A stretch of 64,000 nucleotides of DNA. Origin: Leidyana gryllorum EB-2025a. Its lineage: Eukaryota > Protista > Apicomplexa. The translations under genes were made by a program, and so were the position numbers. The notes below the pieces were generated by a model. It was not told the DNA's origin and did not search any database. It was given only the letters and a program-made list of their open reading frames with translations. Shown piece after piece: positions 1-12,800 of the stretch. The stretch covers positions 124,001 to 188,000 of the forward strand of contig JBLWGC010000133.1 in the NCBI GenBank assembly GCA_048772705.1, written 5' to 3'. Numbering within the stretch: position 1 is the first letter of the stretch; each line of letters starts with the position of its first letter.

Positions 1-29
1 GGACGCGGTCGGGGTCGTGGAGGCAACTT

Positions 30-678
30 TTAGTCTGCTGGGGGCCTGTGGGAAGGGAAGAAGCGATCGGCAGCTATGACCAGACAGGCGCCGGTGAAGC
101 TATAGAGGCAGACGCTGGAGAAAGCGTCAAAGTGCGCTGGACGATTGAGGCGCAGGATCCACAGAGCAACGAGTATAAGGAAGAGTAGACAGTGAAAAGT
201 CCGACTAGGCGAATGCAGCGCGAGAACTCTCCGAACTCGCAACACATTCATGGTGAGAGACAACGAAGCTTCACTGCGTCCGGGCAGAGTTTGGTCGGGC
301 GTGGGCTCATTAGGAGCTTCGGAAATGACGACATGAATAACAGAACCTTCCCGTATAGAATTATGAGTAGCCGTCATCCACGTCTGTTGAGGCGAGAGTA
401 ATCGACCCCCCATGATAACTCGGATTGGTTTGCCTGAGTGAGTGAAAGAGAGAGAGTGTGAGTGAGAAGAGAGAGAAAAGTTGACCTCACACACTCACCC
501 GCTCGAATCTCATCTTCGTACTGCTCCTTGAGACTCGATTTGATGGTTTGATTTGGGTCAATTTCAATGTCTACAGGCGAAATATGGGCTCCAACGACAC
601 TGGGTAACCACTCCGTAACTCACCTTGACTCGTGCCACCCAGCTGTCCTGGCAAAGTGAGCAGAATCCGAATCCGCAT
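30..678 (-). CDS. Transmembrane and ubiquitin-like domain protein (TMUB/Dsc3-like), spliced
   Basis: Spliced N-terminus reads MRIRILLTLPGQ...DIEIDPNQTI...IRVIMGGRLL...IREGSVIHVVIS, a ubiquitin-like fold without di-Gly. Two hydrophobic C-terminal helices follow. GT-AG introns lie near 572-623 and 435-499. Confidence 0.65.
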
Positions 679-699
679 TCTGTATTGACTGAGAAAAAA

Positions 700-2439
700 A
701 TGCGATGGCCACCAGAGGTTATAGAATCCTTCTGGAAAGTATGTTGTGGTGTAACTGATCTACGCCAAGCGAAGCTTCTCGAGGCCAAATTGAGGTGTGT
801 GCCCGAACAGACACGGAGAGATTGACATTATTCTTTCGCAGGAAGGGCACAGGCACTGAGTATCTATTGGAGATCAACACATGTCACTGCTCTGGTGCCC
901 AAGGCGACGATTGTGGCGGGGCGGCACATCACCACAAAGAGGGAGACGCCACGCATACTCACGGCGGCCGTAACTCTCTCGCGCCCTATTGTTTCCGCAA
1001 GAGCACCGGTGAGCAGCGAGCTGTCTGTCTGCGCGTGTCGAGACACTTTTTCGAATTAGATGACGAGTTGGGAGATTTGTTGCAGCGCTACACTCATCGT
1101 ACCATATTTATCCGAGACTATTTGGCCGAAGTCGCTGAAGTGGCAGCGGACACTTTCAATAAAGTCGTCAAACGGGCTGGGATCAGTGAGTGCCAATTTG
1201 ATCGACTTGAACACTTTGGAACACTAACACAGCGCAGCTGGAGAGATCAGAGAAGGCCTCTCTATCTCGAACCTGTTTGGAAAATGCCATCAGTCGAGTC
1301 ATCTCGCAGGCCATTCTCAAAGACGTGAGTTCCGGAAATTAGCGTCACGCCAACAAGGCTCTCCCTCTCTCTCTCTCTCTCTCCCTCACTCTCTCTCTCT
1401 CTCTCGCAGCGGCGCCAATCTCGCCAACACACTCAGCGAGACGGGGGTCTCGTGGCCTATGCCAGTAGTTATCCGAAAATGTATCCTGACTCCCCGTTTG
1501 TTGAGCTCGCATCGCTCAAGCCGGACCATATGGGAACGTTGATGAACAACGGTGTGGCCATTATCGACCATTGGCTCTCTCCCTCGGATGCGAACGCGTT
1601 GCGCGATAACTTTGATTGGCTCGAGATGAACAACGTCTATAACGATATGGTCAGACCACAGATATACTGAGAGCACAACAACGCACAGACACCGTTCTCT
1701 CCGGACCCTCATCGCACGGATCACTCTGCCTGGATCAACGGCGCGGAGATTGTCGAAAAAGTGCGGCTCCCCGTAAGCCACACTCTCGAAATCGTTTCTT
1801 TGTCACCCACCGGCGTCTCCCACCTGCAGGCCGTCAGACTGTTGCTGCAAAAGTTTGCAAGTTTGCCGTTTGAGCTCAATGCGAAGGCCAATCTCTCGCT
1901 GACTGTAAGTGGAGCCGCTGTCGGTGTGGAGCAAAGGATTGATTGTCGTCCTCAACAGATCAGCAACTCGGCACTGTTCAGCCTGTTCAGGAAGGAGGCC
2001 TATTACCGCAAACACATCGACAACACGTAGGCATCACCCCCAATCGGCCTTGTCTCATTGATGTTATATTTCAGCTCGGACCCCAAAGGAGACAACGGAC
2101 GCACGGTAACCTTTATGTATTTTCTGCGACCAGACGCGCCCGAGTTTGACGTGAGTACCTCGTCAGAACAGGTTTCATTTCAACATCTCAGTGTGAGGAG
2201 CGACAGGTGGATTTGGTGTTCACATCGGAGAAGGGCGATGAGAATAATAAGATGAGTCTCCAGCCGCCCGACAACGGCGCGCTCGTTTTCCTGTAAGGGC
2301 CTTTGGCAGCGTTTCGAGTTTCTCGTTTCTCTTTGACTCCCGCAGTACGCGAGACCGTTCGCTGGCGATCGAATCAGTCAAGTCTAAGACCTTTGTGGTG
2401 TCGTATTGGTGTGGAGGGATGGCACTCGGTGGGCGTTAA
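700..2439 (+). CDS. Prolyl-4-hydroxylase (EGLN/PHD/PhyA-like) 2OG-Fe(II) oxygenase-fold protein, ~11 exons
   Basis: Spliced product contains GVAIIDHWLS, RTDHSAWING, YYRKHIDN (HxD), DNGRTVTFMYFL and LVFL...VVSYW. All joins use GT-AG. Stop TAA at 2437-2439. Confidence 0.65.
1359..1404 (+). repeat. (CT)n microsatellite forming the polypyrimidine tract of an intron
   Basis: ctccctctctctctctctctctccctcactctctctctctctctc lies immediately before the acceptor cgcag. Confidence 0.9.
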
Positions 2440-2452
2440 ATTATTTGTGTGA

Positions 2453-4450
2453 TCAGTCCACCTGTGCCCGGGCCCATTTGTTATCGCGTTTCTCTCGTTG
2501 ATGATGTCCCCGGCCTCCACCACGCCCACGGCCGCGTCCCCGACCCCTTCCCCCGCGTCCTGAAGGTGGTACAGTGGTGGTCTCCTCTGCTGTCTCGGCA
2601 GCAGGACTCGCTCGTCCATCCTTTTGGCGTTTGTCGGCAAACATGTTACGAATAATCTCTTGTTTGGCTTTGGCCCTTTCTTCCTGTTCTGCCAGCTGAG
2701 CGGCTTCTCTCTGTGCCGCCTCCTCCCGTTCTTCTTGCCATCTGAGGAGTCCCAGGGTTTTATTATGGATAGCCCAATTCTTCTCCGGCTCGATGACGTC
2801 CACAGCGCGGGGCACAGTCCGCGGGAGAGCAGCTCTCTTTGTGACATTTCTCAGATACTCACTCTGATCAAAGCATTCAAGTGTATGTTGATGAGAGAGA
2901 CTCACCAATTCAATGGCTTTGGCACTCGTCGGGAGGTCGTGCACCTCCTTGGGGAACAAACTGCGGTAGCTGATTGGATCTGCACTAATTTGAGCGACCA
3001 GCTGGTCGAGATTAGGGTCCGGGCCCGCATTAGCTTTGGCTACTCGCCAGGCCATAATGAGGAACCCGCGTTTCGCGACTTGAGGCTCTGCCATCGTGGC
3101 TTCTATAATTTCAACAGACATCTTCTCTTCCTCAGTGAAGTGTGGGTTGAGTAATGGGTGAACCTCAGTGGTGGGCACCAACTGAGAGGAGGCTTTGCTC
3201 GGCTCCAAGGCGGTCTTCACTGCATCGTCTATGGGGGTCTCAATGCCCCATATACGCCGAAAGTCCAACAGCTCTTCCTGACACTCAATGGCAGCCATCT
3301 CGTCCACTCTCCGAACAAAGGCGTCCATTCGGAAAGTGTCAGACGACACTCCCAACGCATCAAAGAGAGCAATACAGAGCGTCATCAACAGTTGAAGCGT
3401 CGGACCATTCAAAACGCAGTCACTGTTGTGCGTCACCAGGTACGTCAAGAGAACCGACAGAGACGCCGAGATATCATTCGAAGAGCTCTGAGACAGCAGC
3501 GGCTTCAAGGCTCGGGCCACACCGACCAAATGCGCTGAGAGACATGAGAGAGTTGTGGAACAGTGTCGCTTACCGAATAGGACAGTCGTCGGGTGCAACC
3601 TCTCACACGCCGCTTCCACACTTTCCACGAGATCTTGAGACGTAAAGCCAAGGGACCCCTCCTCCGGGAGAATGACGGGTAAAAGTTGTAGAAACTCAAT
3701 GAGGGGTTCGAGGATGGGTATCAGGGGTTCGTTGTGGTCCATTGACTGTGTCTGCATGATCGCGAGGAAGCGCAAACGGCGCGCTAATGGTAGGATCCGA
3801 ATACTTTCGACATCATCCCGACAGAAAAAGCTACAGGCCACTTTGGTGAGCTCGCGACAGAATGGTGCTCGGAGCTTTCCCCACCGATCCGAGTGGCCAA
3901 ATATAGTCTGTGCGGCGGCATTAGAGAGCTTCAACGCAGTTTGAGGACTCTCAGTGCTCTGACACACAGCCAGGGTGGCCTGAAGGAGACGCACGACATG
4001 CGAGTCGGATTGTAGTTTTCCAATGTCGTCGTCGCCCGGAGTGGCGTCCAGCAGAAGGATTCCCGCATGGAGTATCTCGGAGGGGTATATATAGTCCGCT
4101 GTCCAGCTGCATAACAGATTTTGTGTGGAGGAGACGGCGGTGGGGGAGACGGGGGTGGTCTTCTCTTACCTGAAGTTTTCACACGACTGCAAAATAAGGG
4201 TCCGCAATCCCGGGAGACATTGGATTAGGGCTGATAGGACAGTGTGACCTCCAGAATTGGCGACATTGAGAATATTAGCGGCGGAAGTGGCACAAGTTAG
4301 GAGTTTGTCAGATTGGCGTGCGCTAACTTTGAGTCTGGCCAAATCAGTGGGGTTGATAGGTGGGGCTGTGAGGAGGACAGCGGCCGATAGGAGGGTGGGA
4401 TCGGTGTGAATGTCACGGGTGGGATAGAAATACTCTTCTTTTGAAGACAT
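2453..4450 (-). CDS. Helical protein with putative CUE-like domain and C-terminal RGG box (ASCC2/Cue3-like)
   Basis: Two exons join through a GT-AG intron at ~4107-4169. It has a CUE-like segment VEIIEATMAEPQVAKRGFL...LDQLVAQI, a coiled coil, and the C-terminus GRGRGRGRGGGRGHHQREKRDNK, which resembles ASCC2 tails. Confidence 0.45.
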
Positions 4451-4495
4451 ATTGGAGGAAGAATTTTTCCATTAGGTTACCCCCAAGTTGATCAG

Positions 4496-5226
4496 ATGCC
4501 ACCTGTACGTCATGACGATAGTGTAATTACCCTTTCTCTTTCAAGGCACTGGCGGAAGAGCTACAGCCAAATGTAGCCTCGACTAATCAGCTTTCAACAT
4601 CGAGTTGTCGCGGAACGAAGAAGCCGAAACGGTCCCGCCGCAACCGCAAAAAGGGAGGCTCCGCTCAATCTACGAAGAAGCAGGAGCCAGGCGCGCACCA
4701 TCTTGTTCCTGAGGAGACTGCAGCGAGTCCTCTGCCCAGTAATGTTCAACCACGCGAATCCAACAAGAACACTCACAAACGCAAGGCGCGCAGCCAACAA
4801 CGGTCCCAGAGACGCAGCGCTGCGCTTCACCAACAGGAACCCCAGGCCCCCATCAAAGGCTCTGCGAATGCTCAGAGGCCCACTACCCCAGTCAGGCTCT
4901 CCACCGATGTCACAGCTGAGGCAGCCGTTTTAGCCAAGTCCAAGAGCAAGCTTAAGACCAAAAAGAGCCGTCGTACCAGATGGGTAGCCAGAAGACAAAC
5001 CAGGGCTGCTGCACAATCCGGGACGCCCATCCAAATCCAACAGCCAACTACGGCTCCCTTCCTCCCACTCCCCTTCGCAGTTGCGCTCAACAACTACCCA
5101 CAAGGGGAACCCTTCCTGGGATACGTCTTGGAACCACCCACCTTCGCCCCCTACACAGCGACTCACGCGCATTTTACATATCCCTTGTGCTATTTGCAGA
5201 ATGCTTTGTACAGCCCTCCCCAATAA
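4496..5226 (+). CDS. Hypothetical basic low-complexity protein (~229 aa), missed by the ORF track
   Basis: Micro-exon ATG CCA CCT (4496-4504), a 41-nt GT-AG intron (4505-4545), then a 681-nt stop-free frame ALAEELQP...KKPKRSRRNRKK...YSPPQ*. Confidence 0.6.
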
Positions 5227-5659
5227 ACAGCTCTCACCCCGCTGTGGAGCGACACATGCCCATCAAGAGAATCAAATAGACGAGACCCAAGGACGAATAT
5301 CAAGAACAAGCCACACACACATGTGTACCAACCATGCAGCCAAGCATACCTCCGACCGCTCCCTGGCCGGTGTGTGTCCCTTCCCCGTCAAAGATGAGTA
5401 TTCTTTGTCGGTTGTGGGGGTGTGGGTGTGCGCGAGTGTGAGCGTGAGCCTGGGAATATATGTGTATGAGAGTGTTTGTGCGTTCGTTCAGTCGATCTCC
5501 TTCTCTGTCGGCAACGTCAGAGAGCAGAACGTGTGTATGGGTGTTTCGTTCCATGCCATCACTGTATGATTAGTAAATAAAAGTGTCATTGTTTGTCTTC
5601 TCAAAGGATCACTCATGTCCTTGTCCTCGTCCTCGTCGGTGGGCTTTTTTTGTTATGTG

Positions 5660-6718
5660 TTACACCGCAATTGGGGAAGGGGCTAATTCCAGCGCAGTTT
5701 CGATAAGTCTGGCTGAACGATACATCCACCTAACACGCCCACGTACACCACCAACATGGTCGTGAAAGGTAACCCCAATAATACCTTGTCCAAAAACGAT
5801 GGAATAGTCCCGCCACTCGTCTGCAAAATGGTAAACAGCAGACACAGGCTAATCGTCCACTCTGCTGGTCGCCATCGCAGCCCAAATAACCGGACTATCT
5901 CGTATACGTTTTGGAAACATACAAATAGAATCATAGCCACCATGGGAGCATAGATCCCAGATCGCTCCACCATCCGGAAACTTAAGCAGCTCAGAAATAC
6001 AAATGTCGTCCAAGCCAAACGCGGCGCGGCCCTACAATGAAATGATAAGAGTCTACACTGACGGCCAGACAACGACACCGCTGGGTAGCGACGACACTGC
6101 CACACGGAGACGGAGACACCGGCACACAATCTTAACACACACGAAAGTACAAGGATGGACCGACCTATCATATTCGGTCATGAACTGATATGTAAGCAGG
6201 GGTTCCGCAGCCCGTGACTGCACGGATCGAATGGTGGGTGTGGGAACGAATAATTCAGCACAGTGCGACCCGTCACTCATTAAAGTTTGGTGATCTAGGC
6301 TGGGGGGAGCTGTTGTACTCCCGCTGTACTCTGAGCTTCTAGGCAGATCTTTGGCGCCCAGTCTTCGCAGCAGAGCCAACGCAGCACCTGTGAGGGGAAC
6401 GGGTCGGGATTTTTCGAATCGATGGCGTTCAATCAATGTGATCGTGAGTGCTAATATGAGCCCGGATAAAGAGGTGTATAAACAAGCAAGGAGGGTCCAT
6501 CTGGCATCGCAAATAAGGGTGGGTCGAAAAGCGTTTGCGGTCCTCACTGTATCAATGAAGAGGCAGCGGGGGCTCGGAAAGCGAGAGACACCCCGAATAC
6601 ACGGCAAATGTAGATACTGTACACTGTCTGTGTGCAGGTACAGTTGATGAATGCACAGGGCAGTAGCAGTGCTTACCCATATAGTCGTAGTTAACACTTT
6701 TCGCAGTCTAACTATCAT
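5660..6718 (-). CDS. Hypothetical multi-pass membrane protein, spliced; ends uncertain
   Basis: Consecutive minus-strand ORFs carry several hydrophobic helices (WTLLACLYTSLSGLILALTITLI, LAWTTFVFLSCLSF, IYAPMVAMILFVCF). Confidence 0.45.
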
Positions 6719-6807
6719 AATCACTGTACATACTGATCGCCAGCACGATTTTCGTGCTTTGTCTGCCAAATATCACTTATTGTGGAAAGAAAAGCTTTTC
6801 TCAATGT

Positions 6808-8468
6808 CTACGAAGATGTCCCCATCAATCTTCGAAAAGAAGTTGGGTACTGAGGATCGTCATAAGATAGTTCGTCGGAAGTCAGCGCCTCAGCGAGAGC
6901 AGCCTGGGCGTGTGATGTGCAGCGCATGAGAGTGAAAGATTGTCATTGCACACTCACCATTACTCGCTCTAACACCCCGCTAAACCCGAGTAAATTGGTC
7001 GAGTCGGCAATTGCGCGCCACTCAAGATGCATCCGAACACACGCATTGCTGAAGACTTCCACAAACACAGGGTTCTGCAACGAGCGATCGTTCGATCGAT
7101 TGATGAATCAGTGTTTGTCCCAATGTCACCCACCAGCTGATCGAGTTGAAGGCGATTAGTCTCGCGTGCGCGGACCATCAAACGTGCCAGATTCTTCACT
7201 GCCGCACGAGGTCCTTTAGTCAGGTAGGGAACCGATGTACTCGCCCTCGCGAGCCTCGAGGGTCTCGGTTGTTCAGTTGGAGACGGAGGTGTCAATAACG
7301 GTTCCCCCCGGCTCTGTCGTCTCGATTTGAGACCTGAGGTTTCGAATGTCCAGCGGCAGAGTGCGTTGTGATCACCTTTTGATTGTTTGCTGTCGAAAGC
7401 CTCAATCTTGTTCTCTAATACCTTGCTGAGGTCTGAATTCAATCGCAGAAAGTGCACCAGGGCGAACTGTTGGGGACAGAGCGATATAGTGAACGCGGCT
7501 GGTGAGGGGATGGGTTGGGCTTCTTTCTCTTTCTCTCCCTCTGCCCCGCTGTGAAGGGAGGACTTACTTCAACGTTTATAAAGCTGGCCGAGAAGGGGTA
7601 ATACAGAGTGTTGGATGTGAGGAGATCGGGAGGCGGTGAGGCCGCTGCGAGCTCAGCAGTAGTGACCTTTGGGACGCAGTCATTGACCAGTGAACGGATG
7701 GCCTGGATTTTGTATTTGAAATTGGGCTGTGTCGGGTCTCACCTCGGTGTGAGTGCGTGCAAAGGCGCACATGAGTTCCAGTGCGAGAGCCCCACCGCCT
7801 CGAAAGTCTGTCCAGGGAGTTTGGGACTGGAAGCCAGCCAGTTGCCAATGCCAGCTGGGTACTGTTGGTGTTGGGATGCGCGGATATAGTGTCTGCCAGT
7901 AGTCTGCCAGCAGTTCTTGGTGGTGCGGCAGTCTGTGTTGAGCCGGTTCGCCGGCCTTTTGGTAGATGAGTGCGTACTCGTCTAACTCTGGGTTGGACAG
8001 GGAGTATGAGAGTGGTAAACAGGGAGCGGCACAGTTGCATCCGGGTACCGTCCAACAGCACGAGACCGCCCGCAGTTTGTTCTTGCAGTTGGTGAGGAAT
8101 CTGGTGGCAGTGCGATTCTGTACTTCATTGTTGTTGGGTGACATATTGCCCACAGCCGCTTCGCAGGGAGCTGTTGCCGCATGTGAAAGTGAGCCACGTG
8201 GCTCTGAGTGGTAGATCTTTAGTGGACTCGGATCAGCTGTCCATGGCGCTGCCAAAGGGGCTTCAGCTGATGATGCGATTCGCGAAGAGGAACTCGAACT
8301 CTCCAAACGTTGATGCCGACCCCTCCGAATACCAGGGAACCGGCGACTAACGGACCTATGGTGGTGCTACAAACGAATAGATATAATATATACAAAGCCA
8401 AATACCTGTTTCGGTTCAACAACGACTCTTCTCAATGAAGAAGGGGGAGTAGCACACTGATCACTCAT
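6808..8468 (-). CDS. ELMO/CED-12 domain protein (ELMOD-like ARF/ARL GAP)
   Basis: Contains WQLAGFQSQTPWTDFRGGGALAL, YYPFSASFINV and VFSNACVRMHLEW...LLGFSGVL. Multiple GT-AG introns. Confidence 0.85.
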
Positions 8469-8545
8469 CGCTCTCTGATCATAGTCTTTTATTAGAATCT
8501 TAGGAGGGGCGGGCCGGGCCCCACCACTGACTAAAAATTCAAACA

Positions 8546-9512
8546 ATGTCCACCCCACCCCCGCCCAAACCAGAGAAGAAGTGCACTATATTCAAGCGAA
8601 GAGCACCCGCTCCCAACACGCGTACTAAACCCCCCCCTCCCACTCCCAATCCCGAGCACCAACCCGAAGAGACCATCCGGTCACTGGAACCCGAAGAACT
8701 CGAGCCATCCCGCAACACTGCCAAAAAGAACGGTATCGTTGCCGGCGGCTCCAAGGTGAGACTGAGAGCGATACATTCTGCAATATACTCTCCGCCCCCG
8801 GCAGCCACTGTCCGAAACTGCCACCCGCAACAGCGCGAAAGATAAAGACGGCCCTCGAGACCAGGCCGCCAATGCCGAAAGCCAAACCGACGAGGGACTC
8901 TTCGCGATGCCAGCTGAATACAGACTGGAACAGAAAGACGTCTCACAACGAGTATTTCATCACTTAGAGGTCGACACTGACCAGGCGCAAGATCACAGAG
9001 CAGTATTGGAACGCAATGTAGAAATCAGTAAGACAGCCTCCTCATCCCCCTCCCGCTTAGCACTCTCCATATCACAGGCAAGAAGATTGCTGCCGGAGAG
9101 CTGGAAGCCGGGGTATATAGAGGGCAAGGCGCCTATCGTCAACATATGGAGATGCGCGAAGGCGCCATTTCCGGAGCAAAATTCACCGGGTACGTTCATA
9201 TTAGTGCCTCCAAAATCTCACATCCAACCCCACAGCTTATTGGGACCTCTAAGGGCCAACAAATACGCCCGCACCACTCTAATGATCGACCGCAACATGG
9301 CCATCTGTAAGGATTACAAGGAAACAGGATACTGTGGGTATGGGGACACTTGCATTTACCTCCATGACCGTTCGGACTATAAACCGGGGTGGCTCATCGA
9401 TAAAGAATACGAAGAAGCAGTCAAAAAGCGCCAAGAGAAACTACTCAGACGCCATCAGGGCATCAAAGAGAAAGAAGAATCATCCTCCTCTTCCAGCAGC
9501 GATAGCGAGTGA
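8546..9512 (+). CDS. CWC24: Pre-mRNA splicing factor Cwc24/RNF113A (CCCH zinc finger)
   Basis: Contains VYRGQGAY and GPLRA...RTTLMID...[30 protein letters not shown]. Three introns. Confidence 0.9.
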
Positions 9513-9874
9513 ACCCAACCAACATCACCTTTCTCAACCAGTTAGATAGACAGAAAGAGAGGGAGAGAAAAACATACACCCGTGACGCACTCTTAACACT
9601 AAACACGGGTTGTGCGGGGGGAGCGCAAGGAACCGCTGTGATCGACCCATGTTCTGTGATCTGCAGTCAAACAAACCATCACATATCAATGGCCGCACTG
9701 CGTGGGAGACACACCAGGAGAGACACACACACCCTCTCGGTACAGTGACTCCACAGTGTGTCTTCTCTGGCTTCACACTCTGCTGGCTCCGGGTCAGGAG
9801 GGTGGAGCGAACCACAGCCCCTACCCATCCGCGAAAGTTTGGTCTTTTCTGGACTATACTCTTTGCTCACCAAC

Positions 9875-12800
9875 ATGGAACAAGACGATACGATAGTTAA
9901 CAATAGGGACGATGTAGGTAGCGGGAATAAGGGTCAGGCTAGTGAGGCAAGGGGCGACGATCCAAATAACCTCCGTGTCTCAGAAACCTCCACACACCAC
10001 CCACCAGTAAGTGACCGCCTCCTTCGAACTCTCCTTCAACTACGTGGGCGTAGCCGGACGACAACCGTAAAGGGGAGTATGACCCCCAGCAGGTCGCAGA
10101 GTACGAGGCCGAGCTTGATAAGCTCAGGGAACAGGCCGAGCGAGAAGCAGCGGAATTTGCCAAGCTACCGATCGCTGAGCGACTTGTGGCCGCACGCTGG
10201 GAAACTAAAGTGCATGGGTTGAAGGAAATATCCACCCGAGCAGCTGAAGTGGAGGCTAAAACAGCCGAGGGAGAATTACCTGACCTCAGCTTTGCCGCCG
10301 AACATATTGACCAATTGATCGTTCTCACCAATGATAAACAAGTTGCTGTCAAACAGGAAGCTATTGAATGTTTGACACACTGTTGCCGATCCTGGAACAA
10401 AGATGAGATAATCACCTACTGGGATCGACTATTCGACCCCCTCTTGAGCGTAAGCCTTGCCCAGAGAGCGTGCGTGTGGTGTGTGCTATTTCGTATTGTG
10501 GGAGACACAGTGACTTTCTGTATCGATGATGTCTGATCAGACGAATTTGCAAGCGCCGCGTCTCACAGCCGTCGTCAGCGCCTTTGTGGATGAGGTCGTG
10601 GCTGGCAGCGGTGAAAATGTAGCATTCACCAAAATGGTCGAAGTACTGAGCCGTTTCAAGGACAAGAAAGGCAATCCGAGCTTCCGAGGGCCACAGAGTA
10701 AAACTGCGGCGGCTATCTGGAACTTAGCATCCCACATTATCAGCCAGTTCGGCTTGACTGCACTCAAGTTGAACATCATGCAGGACCAAGTCAAGACCTT
10801 CTTGACGGTGTCGGACCGCATTGTGCGCGATTCTGTATACAGCTTCCTGTTGGAGATCTACAAATGGTCAAAGAGTAACGATCTGGTAAAGACGGGCTTG
10901 GATCCTAAGCAAGCGGTGAGTTTCGAGGGCTGAGTTTGCATACGAGTTGAGCTCAGACCGAAATCGAGGCTCGTATTACAGCGTACGAGAAACCAGCTGA
11001 CCCCGACGACAAGCGGCCGAATCCGCCTCCGAAGCCCCGACCGACGGTGCAGAAGTGGCATCGTGGGTCGAAGGCGAAGAAGATCAAGTCAGTTGGTAAG
11101 ACAACAGGCCAGTTGATGATGTGTTGACTGCATATGTGGGTGCAGTGAAGAGTGAAGCAGGGGACGCGGAGGAGGCGGCTGAGGCACCGGAGGAGGAGTT
11201 GGCGCCGGTAGGCGACATTTGGGACATGTTGCCAGGAGTCGATCTGTTTGATAACTTTGATGGGTTGAAATGGGAGAAGAGTCTGAAGGACGCAGCTAAA
11301 TGGTCCGACAAGAAGAACGTGATTGACGGACTGATGAAGGTATGAGTAACACAAGAATTGTACAGTAATTATATCGCGTTCACAGCCGCTGGGTACGAGT
11401 AAAGTGAAGAAGATCAAAGTGGGGAAGACCACCCAATCTTCGGTCAAAGCAGTCTTTGGCGCTCTGACTTCTCTGATATCGTTTGAGAACAATGCTCAAG
11501 TGGTACGATTGAGTGTGTGATTATGGGTTTTGAATTACTCTGCTCAGGTGGCCAGCGCGCTCAAGGCGACCGAAGAGATTGTGTTGGGTTTACGACAGAA
11601 CACTCCGACTGATGCTCTGCGGCCATTAGCCGGGGCAGTGGTGCCCAAGTTGAAGGACAAGAACAAAGTGTTAATGTCTGCGAGTCTCGATGCTCTCAAG
11701 TCGTATCTATACGCCCTCCCACTGGATGCTTTTCTGGAGTTGGTGAGCAATGATTGACGACGCCTCTTTCGAATTGTCGTCGACGACCCCAACAGACGTA
11801 CCCCTCATTCAAAGACAAGAACCCTCAGCTCCGACAGACGCTGACCCAATGGCTGACGGAGGCGGTGGACCACCCCTGTGTCACCCACGAGGAGGTTTTG
11901 AAACAAGCCAAGAAGATCAGTGAGTCGTCCAACGATCCGTCTCTCTCACACACGTCTATCACAGTTGCTGTTGGCATCGATCTATTGGATGATGCACAGA
12001 GCGCCGTGAGAACGGCTGCAGCCGCTCTAATGGTCAAAATGCGCACAGTGAGACATCTTTTGACCGGTTATCGCGCGTACTGACCCCAATCTTAGGTCGT
12101 GCCCAATTTGGTGGGCAACCAGTTGGCGCAGCTGAAGGGAAAAAAGGCGACCACAGCCAAAGAGGCCATTGAGCGCGCCGCTCGTACGTCCGGCGTGTCT
12201 CCTGTCGAAAGCACTGGCGGAGGAACGGGAGACGTGCCATCGGCAGCGGCAGCACCAGCCGCTGCCAAAGCGGGCCCCGCCCGGTCTGGCAGTCTCCAAC
12301 CCGCGGCTAAGGCCGCTGCAGCGAAACGGCAGCTTGGAAGCGGATTGGGTGCTCCAAGTCAGTCCCGACCAGCACCGTCTCGGGGAGACACGACCGAAGG
12401 GGCTGGAAATCTGCCGAGGACACAAGACTTGGCACCGGCAGCCGCCCCAGCGCCCGCCGTGGAGCCGCCAATGCGAGTGAACTTCACTTTGGACGATGTC
12501 GCGAATCTCCAGGAGTGCACCGCCACTGTGGAAGAATGCGAAGTTGCCGTGGCCGCCATGATGGGTTCGAAACCCGAAGGTGAGACAGCTGTTCGTGCGT
12601 CGCGCTAACCACCGTTTCTCCTCTGACACTGCAGACAGCGAAGTCATCCAGAGTTTCAGAGTGACAAACAATTGGAAGGAGCGTTCCGTTGGATTGGATA
12701 TGATGAAAGCCGATCTGATTGAGGTGCGTACTTTGCTTCTCCACAGTATTGTGTCTCTGTTTCCACGCAGAATCCTGAGCGAGAGGATCTCTTCTCCAAT

